Source: Paracoccaceae bacterium
Lineage (GTDB): Bacteria; Pseudomonadota; Alphaproteobacteria; Rhodobacterales; Rhodobacteraceae
Assembly: GCA_965243215.1 (NCBI GenBank)
Contig: CBDEUJ010000005.1
Coordinates: forward strand, 936,546 to 1,000,545
Direction: 5' to 3'
DNA length: 64,000 bases
The notes beneath the pieces are model-generated. The model saw only the letters and a program-made list of their open reading frames with translations. It had not been told where the DNA came from and searched no databases. Of this stretch, positions 26,092 through 33,014 are shown piece after piece. The position numbers and the translations under genes were made by a program. The first letter of the stretch is position 1. The number at the start of each line of letters is the position of its first letter.

Positions 26092-26115
26092 ATGGTTAGG
26101 CAAGTATATAAGCCC
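26092..26115. repeat. IS1595 right inverted repeat
   Basis: ATGGTTAGGCAAGTATATAAGCCC; see the left IR. Confidence 0.85.
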
Positions 26116-26123
26116 CCTTGGTT
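26116..26123. repeat. CCTTGGTT(G), right copy of the IS1595 target-site duplication
   Basis: The identical string is at 23440-23447(8). Confidence 0.8.
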
Positions 26124-26257
26124 GCCCTCAATCGGTGGTTTCGGAACCATGAACGAGCAGAACCCCTTCCTGACCCAACCTGCCCCGCATCGCGATCGGG
26201 TGGTGCGGCGGCTGACCCAGATCATTCTGAGGCATCTTCAGATACAGGATCGCGGCG

Positions 26258-28366
26258 ATGACACCCGGCCTGACAGGGACCGGCCTTTGCGAAGGCCGGG
26301 TTCAAAGCAGCCACGTCCGTCGCAAGGCGATTGTCTACGTCCGACAGTCGACCCCCGGACAGGTTGAGCGCAACTGCGAGTCAACCTTGCTGCAATACGG
26401 TCTGACGGACCGCGCGCGCCAGCTCGGCTGGGCCGAGGCAAGCACCGAGGTCATCGACGACGATCTTGGCTGTTCCGCCCGCCGCTCGGGAACCCGGAAG
26501 GGGTTCATGACCCTTGCTGCCGAGGTCGGCCTGGGCCTTGTCGGGATCGTCATCAGCAGCGAGGTCAGCCGCCTGGCCCGGAACCTGTCCGAGTGGGGCC
26601 GCCTGTTGGAACTTTGCGATCTCACTGATACGCTGATCGCCGACACCGAGTCCCTTTACGACCTGCGGCGTCCGAACGACCGTTTCCTGCTGGGGATCCG
26701 TGGAACCGTGAGCGAGGCCGAGATCCATACCCTGCGCCTGCGCATGCACGCCGGCCGCGAGGCGAAGGCGGCGCGAGGCGAACTGGCGGTTGCGCTTCCG
26801 CGTGGCTACGTGCGCGACGCCTCGGGGCGCACGGTGCTTGATCCCGATGTCAGCGTGCAGGCGCGGATCCGCGGCATCTTCCGGACGTTTGCCCGCCACG
26901 GCAGCCTGAGCGCGACGCTGCGTGCGCTCGCCGCGGACGGCCAGGGGGTGCCCGTGCGGCGAGCGAATGGGCCTCGGCGGGGCGAGCTCGAGTGGTCGCC
27001 GCCGAGCTCTGCGGCGCTTCATGGCATGCTGACCAGCCCGGTCTACGCGGGCGCCTTCGTCTGGGGCCGTGCCGCCGGCGGCGCCAGTGCGGGACTGCCG
27101 GTCGAGAAGCGCTGGCGCCACCTGCTGAAGGACCAGCATCCGGCGTACATCACCTGGGAGGAATTCGAGCTCACCCAGCGTCAGCTTGCGAACAACCGCT
27201 GGCCGACCCGGGGCCTGGGAGGCGGGCTCCTGTCGGGCCTGCTGTTTTGCGGCCGCTGCGGCCAGGGCATGACGGTGAGCTACCGCGATGGCGGCGGCGA
27301 AGGGTTGCGCTACAGTTGCCGCGGCAAGAGGGACTACGGCGGCTCGACCTGCCAGTCCCTTTCCAGTCCCGGCCTGGAGCGCTTTGCCTCGGAGGCCGTT
27401 GTCAACGCGTTGTCGCCGGCATCGGTGGCGCTTTCGGTGGCGGCGCTGCAACAGGCGGAGGCGGACCGGACGGCGGAGCATGGCGAGTGGCACCTGCGGA
27501 TTGCGCGGGCCGAACGGGATGCCGCCGATGCGCATCGGGCCTACCGTGCGGTGGATCCCGCCAACCGCCTGGTCGCGCAGACGCTCGAGGACGACTGGGA
27601 AGCGGCCCTGGCGGAATGCAGGCAGCTGAAGGACGCCTACCAGCGGCATTGCGGCCGTGCTCCGGTTGCATTGTCGGCGCAGGAACGCAGGGCCATCGAG
27701 GACGCGACGTCGGGGATCGCGGCCCTTTGGAACGATGGCGTCCTGACGAAATCCGAGAGGGCGGAGCTCATGCGGCTCATGATCGAGCGCGTGACGGTCG
27801 AGGTGGTCGGCGACAGCGAGCGGGTCAAGGTTGACATGCAGTGGTACGGCGGCGCGCGCAGCCGTGCCGAAATCCGCCGTCCTGTTCGTTACGTGGAGCA
27901 GCTGAGTTACTATCACGACCTCTGTGCCCGGATCGCCGCGCTGAAGACGGACGGCAGGAGCTACGGCGAGATCGCGGACGTCCTGAACGAGACGGGCTGG
28001 GAGCCCGCGCGCAAGGACGCCTTCACCGAAGCGTCCGTCGCGAACATTGCCCGAAAGTCCGGGCTCGGCATGACGGGAAGGCGCAGGCGTCCGCCGCCGG
28101 CACGCCGGGGGCGTGACGAATGGCTGATCGACGACCTGGCCAGGAAGACGGCCGTCCCGAAGTCGACGCTCCATGTCTGGATACGCAAGGGCAAGCTCGA
28201 GGCGCGCAAGGAGGAGCAGCGCGGAGAGGGCGGCGCAAGAAGGCGCTGGCTCGTCCGTGCGGACCAGGCCACGCGCGACGCCATTCGCGCGTGGCGCGAA
28301 AGGCCGGCACGGTTCAGGTCAAGGCAGGGGATACCGGTCTTTCCATCCCGTCCGGTTCAACATTGA
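26258..28366 (+). CDS. large serine recombinase (resolvase catalytic domain + recombinase domain + Zn ribbon + C-terminal HTH-like extension)
   Basis: RKAIVYVRQSTPGQV holds the catalytic serine context and SEVSRLARN the resolvase motif. FCGRCGQGMTV...YSCRG is the Zn ribbon, followed by a coiled-coil segment and C-terminal SYGEIADVLNETGW and LARKTAVPKSTLHVWIRKGKL. Confidence 0.85.
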   Translation: MTPGLTGTGLCEGRVQSSHVRRKAIVYVRQSTPGQVERNCESTLLQYGLTDRARQLGWAEASTEVIDDDLGCSARRSGTRKGFMTLAAEVGLGLVGIVISSEVSRLARNLSEWGRLLELCDLTDTLIADTESLYDLRRPNDRFLLGIRGTVSEAEIHTLRLRMHAGREAKAARGELAVALPRGYVRDASGRTVLDPDVSVQARIRGIFRTFARHGSLSATLRALAADGQGVPVRRANGPRRGELEWSPPSSAALHGMLTSPVYAGAFVWGRAAGGASAGLPVEKRWRHLLKDQHPAYITWEEFELTQRQLANNRWPTRGLGGGLLSGLLFCGRCGQGMTVSYRDGGGEGLRYSCRGKRDYGGSTCQSLSSPGLERFASEAVVNALSPASVALSVAALQQAEADRTAEHGEWHLRIARAERDAADAHRAYRAVDPANRLVAQTLEDDWEAALAECRQLKDAYQRHCGRAPVALSAQERRAIEDATSGIAALWNDGVLTKSERAELMRLMIERVTVEVVGDSERVKVDMQWYGGARSRAEIRRPVRYVEQLSYYHDLCARIAALKTDGRSYGEIADVLNETGWEPARKDAFTEASVANIARKSGLGMTGRRRRPPPARRGRDEWLIDDLARKTAVPKSTLHVWIRKGKLEARKEEQRGEGGARRRWLVRADQATRDAIRAWRERPARFRSRQGIPVFPSRPVQH

Positions 28367-28396
28367 CACACTTTGGGGGTAGCATGTCTGGCAGTT

Positions 28397-28402
28397 CTCG
28401 AT
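28397..28402. repeat. CTCGAT, right junction copy flanking the serine-recombinase element
   Basis: Direct reading; an identical hexamer lies at 23368-23373. Confidence 0.6.
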
Positions 28403-29809
28403 TTCGACGAGCCGCATGTACAGGCGCCAGAGCTCGGCCGGGTCCTCGGCCACCATGTTGGACCGCAGCAGGTAGCGGCCCTCGCGCCGCCGGACCTCTC
28501 GCAGCCGTTCGCGGCGAAGGCGGAACGAGAACCCGTGCGCGGCGAGCTCCTCCGCGGTCGCCGGCACGCGGATGTCGACCAGGCCCCAGGCCCGGCCCGC
28601 GTCCTTCCTGGCAGCGCCGAGCTTGAGCATCAGCTGGTCGCGGCCGTTGGACTGGCCCTGCAGCTCGCCGAGCCGCCGCCAGAGCCTCTTCAGGCGGCGC
28701 CGGCGCATCGCGCGTTCCTTGTGCAGCCGCCCCTCCGAGCGCACCAGCACGTACAGCTCCCCGTCCTCGACGAGAAGCTTGACGCCCACGCTCTCGCGCA
28801 CCTCCTGCCAGGGCCGGTCAAGGAACGCCTTCTCGAACTTCGTCAGCCGGCCCTTGGGCGTGCCGACGAGATAGCGCACCGGCGCATCGCCCTCGCGCAT
28901 CTGCTGCAGGGTCTCCTCCGTCGGGATGCCGCGGTCCATGATCCAGATCCGGTCGGAGCGGCCGTACTGCCGCTCGATCCGCTCGAGGAAGCCGGCCAGC
29001 GTGCTCTGGTCGGAGGTGTTGCCCGGCATCACCTCGTAGGCCAGCGGAAAGCCGTCCGGCGTGACGACCAGCGCGATCACCACCTGCACGCAGTCCGGGC
29101 GGCTGTCGCGGCTGTAGCCGAACTGGCGCTTGTCGTCGAACGGAGGATCGCTCTCGAAACAGGTCGAGGTCAGGTCGTACACCAGGATGTCGAACCGCGC
29201 GTCGAACAGCGTCGCCCATCGCTCGCGCAGGAAGGAGAAGAACGCCTCCCTGTGCACGAGCAGCCTGTCGAGGCAGCGGTACAGCGTGTCCGCGGGGATC
29301 GCCCGGTCGCAGCCGAGCAGGTCGCGCAGGGCGCTGTGCTCGAACCAGTGGCGGTGCAGGCGCCACTCGCTGCCCGGATCGACCAGCCGGTAGCAGGCCA
29401 GGATCTTCAGCACGTCGAGCCAGCGCGTGCCCTGCCGGCTCGGAGGCAGGCGCGGCGCCCAGAACCGGTCCAGCTCCAGCCGGTCCCACAGGGTCAGGGC
29501 CAGCCAGCAGGCCCCCCACTGGCGAGGGTCGTGCAGCGACACCTCCGCGACGTTGATCTTCACCACCTCGCAGTCCAGCTCGGGCGACTCCCGGTCCTCG
29601 GGAAACAGCGCCACCTGACGCGATCCCGACCGGCCTTCCAGCACCTCGATCGCGCGGCACCATGCCGCGCGCTGGCTGTCGTTGATCTCGCCGAGATACA
29701 GGACCTGACGCTGGACGACCCGGCCGCCGCGCACGCGGCAGTTCTCCACCACGCTCCAGTAGCGGTGTTCCTTGCCGTCCTTGAATCGCTTCTTGCAGCG
29801 CACGAACAT
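28397..29809 (-). pseudogene. N-terminal fragment (471 aa) of the IS4/IS1634-like DDE transposase
   Basis: MFVRCKKRFKDGKEHRYWSVVENCRVRGGRVVQRQVLYLGEINDSQRAAW... is followed to ...AELWRLYMRLVEIE. The sequence then becomes unrelated (NCQTCYPQ...) after the CTCGAT junction. Confidence 0.8.
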
Positions 29810-29960
29810 GGGCGGAGACTCCGCCGTCGCGACCCCCAGATCAAGGGGGCAGGTCGGCACTACACGCGACTTCTGGGGGTCGGGTCCTTGAAAACAAGGC
29901 GCTTCCAGCGCCGAAACCAGGCAAATTCGTCAAAACACGCGTCGAGTTTCTGAAGTCGGG

Positions 29961-29964
29961 CTAG
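29961..29964. repeat. CTAG, right copy of the putative target-site duplication of the outer IS
   Basis: Direct reading; the partner copy is at 22916-22919. Confidence 0.6.
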
Positions 29965-30044
29965 TCGCCGGGGCGGATGAGCGTGACACGGATCCGGCGA
30001 CATTGATGGACTCTGCCCTGAACGACCTGGATGAATGGCGGTGA
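29961..30044 (+). pseudogene. 3' part of the DUF3018/MazE-like antitoxin gene
   Basis: cta gtc gcc ggg gcg gat gag ... gaa tgg cgg tga gives LVAGADERDTDPATLMDSALNDLDEWR*. It is in frame with 22823..22915 after IS excision, and its stop overlaps the toxin start by 10 nt. Confidence 0.7.
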
Positions 30045-30367
30045 GGAGCGGCGAACTGGTGACCGTCGCCCAGCCGGGCGACTTCGGCAAGCCGCGCCCT
30101 GCACTGATCATTCAGGCGGACCAGTTTGCTGATCTTGGCGCCGTGGCAATTCTGCCAATCACGTCCACGATGGTTGATGCGCCACTCCTGCGCTTGACAG
30201 TTGCGCCCTCTGCCGAAAACGGACTGCGCATGGCCTCGCAGATCATGCTGGACAAGCCCATGACCGTGAGGACCGACAGGACCGGGCCAACCATTGGTCA
30301 GATTGACGACACCGCCATGATCAGCGTGAGCCGTTCGTTGGCGATTTTTCCAGGTTTGGCTGGATGA
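30035..30367 (+). CDS. type II toxin, PemK/MazF family (appears full length)
   Basis: MAVRSGELVTVAQPGDFGKPRPALIIQAD......VAILPITST....PLLRL.V.PS..NGL...SQIMLDKPMTV....G..IGQIDD..M..V.R.L fits the MazF/PemK pattern. Confidence 0.75.
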   Translation: MAVRSGELVTVAQPGDFGKPRPALIIQADQFADLGAVAILPITSTMVDAPLLRLTVAPSAENGLRMASQIMLDKPMTVRTDRTGPTIGQIDDTAMISVSRSLAIFPGLAG

Positions 30368-30704
30368 AACAACGCCCACCAATCACGGAAGATTTGGCGA
30401 AATTGAACTCGTTGACGGGGCGAAGGCAACAGAAGCCTCCCAGAAGTCCAGATGCTTGGCATCTACTTCGAGAACAGGTCCGCCGCCGGCACATGCTTGA
30501 GCGCAACAGGTCACTGGCGCACGGACAAAGGTGCGAAGGGCACGATCCCGTGGTTTGACCGACTCGCCTGCATCCCAAGGCCAAGTGGAACCCGGGCGCA
30601 CTGTCTGCCCTTCGCGACGGCACTCGTGGTCGAAAAGGGGGTTCATGCGCACAGTGTCAGCCTTTCCGCTTCCCCCGTTGCAACAGGGACTTGCGGTAGA
30701 ATCG

Positions 30705-30794
30705 TGGCGGAGGAGGTGGGATTCGAACCCACGGTACGCTTTCACGCACGCCGGTTTTCAAGACCGGTGCATTCGACCACTCTGCCACTCCTCC
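30705..30794 (-). tRNA. tRNA-Ser (anticodon UGA), type II with long variable arm, CCA encoded
   Basis: The minus strand reads GGAGGAG-TG-GCAGAGTGGTCGAATGC-A-CCGGT-CTTGAAA-ACCGG-CGTGCGTGAAAGCGTACCG-TGGGTTCGAATCCCA-CTCCTCC-G-CCA. All four stems pair. Confidence 0.9.
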
Positions 30795-31209
30795 GACCGG
30801 GGCTTGGTATCGGTCGCCGCGTGATTCTGAAAGCCCCCGGTGCAATTCTGCCCGGACCTCGGGAAAGCCCCTTTTCTTGCAGAAGCGCAAGAGCTAAGCA
30901 TTTCAGCCAATGCAGGCAGGAGTCAGCCCAGGACGGATCGGGCTGAGCGGGCCGCATGAGCCAAGGACGACATGAATGACGCGGACGCCAGCCAGCCTTT
31001 CATCCAGTTTTCCATGCGGGACTGCGGGCCTGAACCGTGCAAGGCTCCTTCGCTTGCGGACTGCGCATGTCGAAAACGCATCCAGGGCCAAAAGTTGCGG
31101 ATCTCGTGTCTTGCATTCGCCAAGCGCCAATGATCAAGAACCTGGATTTGCCTTGAGCCAGACCGAAGACGCCCGACAGGGCGATTGCCTCGCAGAGTTG
31201 CCATCAAGG

Positions 31210-32397
31210 GTGACTCGTGCCCTGATTGGGCGGATCGCGGCCGTTTCGCTCGTCCTTGCAATGTCCGTCTTTGTCGCTGCTGCGGTTGCTGCGCAACCCG
31301 TATACGAAACCCCCGCGAAGGCCGCGCTCATCTATGACTTCGAGACCGACACGGTACTCTTCGAAAGGGACGCGGACAAGCCGAAGCCGCCTGCGTCGAT
31401 GTCAAAGCTGATGACGCTCTACATGGTCTTCGAGGCACTTAAGGAAGGCCACATCGACCTGGACACGACCTTCACCGTCTCGACCAAGGCGCGCAACATG
31501 GGCGGCTCGACCATGTTCCTTGATGAAACCGACCGACCCACGACCGAGGAGCTGATCAAGGGGATCGTCGTCCAGTCCGGCAACGACGCATGCGTGGTCG
31601 TGGCGGAAGGGCTGGCCGGAACGGAAGAGGCATTTGCACAGCGGATGACCCTGCGGGGACGCGAAATCGGGCTCAAGGACTCGACCTTTGCCAATGCCAG
31701 CGGCTGGCCCCATCCACAGCATCGGATGAGCCTCCGCGACCTGGTGAAGCTGGCGGCGCTGCTGATCAAGGATTTTCCCGAGCATTACGGGTATTTCGCG
31801 ATGGAGGAATTCGACTATGACGGCCGCTCGCCAGCCAACAGGTTCAACCGCAATCCGGTGCTGGGAACCGGTCTCGGAGCGGACGGGCTGAAGACCGGGC
31901 ACACCGAGGAAACCGGCTACAGTCTTGTGGGATCCGCCGTCCAATCCGGGCGGCGCCTGATCTTTGCCTTCACCGGTCTCGAAAGTGCGGCAGCACGCCG
32001 CCGTGAAGCCGAGGCGATGATAGTTTGGGGCCTTCGCCAGTTCACCATCAAGGAGGTTGCTTCCAAGGGTGACGTCATCGGCGAGATTCCAGTCTGGATG
32101 GGAAGTCAGTCCAGCGTCAACGCGGTTGCAGGCGATGACTTCCGCATGCCTTTCCCGACCGTTGGACAGGACAGCGTCACAATACGCTTCGAATACCTCT
32201 CGCCGCTCGACGCTCCGATCGCCGAGGGCGCGCAGGTGGCCGAGCTTGTTGTTTCGGTCCCGAGCATCCCAGAAAGGCGATTCCCGCTTGTCTCGGACCG
32301 CGAAGCGACCCGTGGCGGCTTTGTGCCACGCGTGCGCGCTTCGTCCTCCCTTCTGTTTGACATGGCCATCGGGCAGGTGCAAAGCCTGCTGGAATGA
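31210..32397 (+). CDS. D-alanyl-D-alanine carboxypeptidase (serine peptidase S11, PBP5/6-like)
   Basis: A signal-like IAAVSLVLAMSVFVAAAVAAQ is followed by PASMSKLMT (SxxK), QSGND (SxN) and LKTGHT (KTG). The start is uncertain (GTG 31210 / TTG 31198); the track start at 30976 is probably an over-extension. Confidence 0.8.
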   Translation: MTRALIGRIAAVSLVLAMSVFVAAAVAAQPVYETPAKAALIYDFETDTVLFERDADKPKPPASMSKLMTLYMVFEALKEGHIDLDTTFTVSTKARNMGGSTMFLDETDRPTTEELIKGIVVQSGNDACVVVAEGLAGTEEAFAQRMTLRGREIGLKDSTFANASGWPHPQHRMSLRDLVKLAALLIKDFPEHYGYFAMEEFDYDGRSPANRFNRNPVLGTGLGADGLKTGHTEETGYSLVGSAVQSGRRLIFAFTGLESAAARRREAEAMIVWGLRQFTIKEVASKGDVIGEIPVWMGSQSSVNAVAGDDFRMPFPTVGQDSVTIRFEYLSPLDAPIAEGAQVAELVVSVPSIPERRFPLVSDREATRGGFVPRVRASSSLLFDMAIGQVQSLLE

Positions 32398-33014
32398 ACG
32401 CAGGACGCCTTATCACGTTTGAGGGCATGGACGGGTGCGGAAAGTCCACGCAAGCCAGGCTCCTTGCCGAAAGCCTGGATTCCAAGGGTCTTGACGTCGT
32501 CCTGACACGTGAACCGGGTGGCTCGCCCGGCGCCGAGGAAATCCGTCGGCTTCTGGTCGAAGGCTCTCCCGAACGCTGGTCAGCCGAAACCGAGATCCTG
32601 CTCTTCACGGCGGCAAGGCGCGATCATCTGGAGAAGACCATTCGCCCGGCGCTTGAACGGGGCGCCACCGTCATCTCGGACCGGTTTGCGGATTCGACGC
32701 GCGTGTATCAAGGCGCAGCCCGTCGGGAACTGCGTGCGCTCGTGGACCGGTTCCACGACGCGGTGATAGGCAAGGATCCTGACCTGACATTCATAATCGA
32801 CATGGATCCGTCCGAAGCTCTCAGGCGCGGCCTGGAACGCAATTCAGGCGAACACAGGTTCGAGGAGATGGGGCAAGGCTTTCAGGATCGCGTGCGCGAG
32901 GGATTTCGCGCGCTCGCAGGCGACAATCCCGACCGATGCCACTTGATCGACGGAAATCGCGGCGTCAATGCCATCGCACGCGACATCTCCCGGATTGCGG
33001 GCCGGAACCCATGA
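32394..33014 (+). CDS. tmk: dTMP (thymidylate) kinase
   Basis: ITFEGMDGCGKSTQ P-loop, REPGG, and a DRF.DS lid region. Confidence 0.9.
   Translation: MNAGRLITFEGMDGCGKSTQARLLAESLDSKGLDVVLTREPGGSPGAEEIRRLLVEGSPERWSAETEILLFTAARRDHLEKTIRPALERGATVISDRFADSTRVYQGAARRELRALVDRFHDAVIGKDPDLTFIIDMDPSEALRRGLERNSGEHRFEEMGQGFQDRVREGFRALAGDNPDRCHLIDGNRGVNAIARDISRIAGRNP

Larger units (their letters stand above)
23448..26115 (+). mobile_element. IS1595-family element (2.67 kb) carrying transposase plus passenger Type II R-M genes
   Basis: The terminal IRs share a perfect 20-nt core, the TSD is 8-9 bp, and the transposase has an N-terminal Zn-ribbon and an ISXO2-like DDE domain. Confidence 0.85.
23374..28396 (+). 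mobile_element. 5,023-bp insertion inside the transposase gene; a large-serine-recombinase element (~2.35 kb without its IS1595 passenger)
   Basis: The transposase reading frame breaks exactly at CTCGAT on both sides (LVEIE|NCQ... and ...|IEQAFKELKHD). The recombinase gene ends 30 nt from the right junction. No DDE-type terminal IRs are present. Confidence 0.7.
22916..29964 (-). mobile_element. IS4/IS1634-like insertion sequence (native size ~2.0 kb) carrying a 5.0 kb secondary insertion; flanked by CTAG
   Basis: The inverted termini are cccgacttccgcaactcgag (22920-) versus the complement of gtcgagtttctgaagtcggg (-29960). A second subterminal match pairs ccgacccccaaaggtcgg (22976-22993) with cgacttctgggggtcgg (29867-29883). 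CTAG occurs at 22916-22919 and 29961-29964. Excision restores the antitoxin ORF in frame. Confidence 0.8.

Noticed and set aside
26149-26367. Small ORF MNEQNPFLTQPAPHRDRVVRRLTQIILRHL... just upstream of and overlapping the recombinase start, considered as a possible directionality factor
   Set aside because: It overlaps the recombinase coding region in another frame, shows no recognisable HTH and is poorly supported. It is mentioned only as a target for a homology check.
26381-28174. 597-aa minus-strand ORF; likewise 28373..29953 + (526 aa)
   Set aside because: They are antisense shadows of the serine recombinase and of the transposase N-terminal fragment. Their composition is low-complexity and Arg/Pro/Ala-rich.
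30383-30745. ORFs overlapping the tRNA-Ser and its upstream region (30383..30745 -, 30452..30946 +, 30657..30890 -)
   Set aside because: They overlap a well-folded tRNA, and no protein motifs or integrase-like sequence were recognised.
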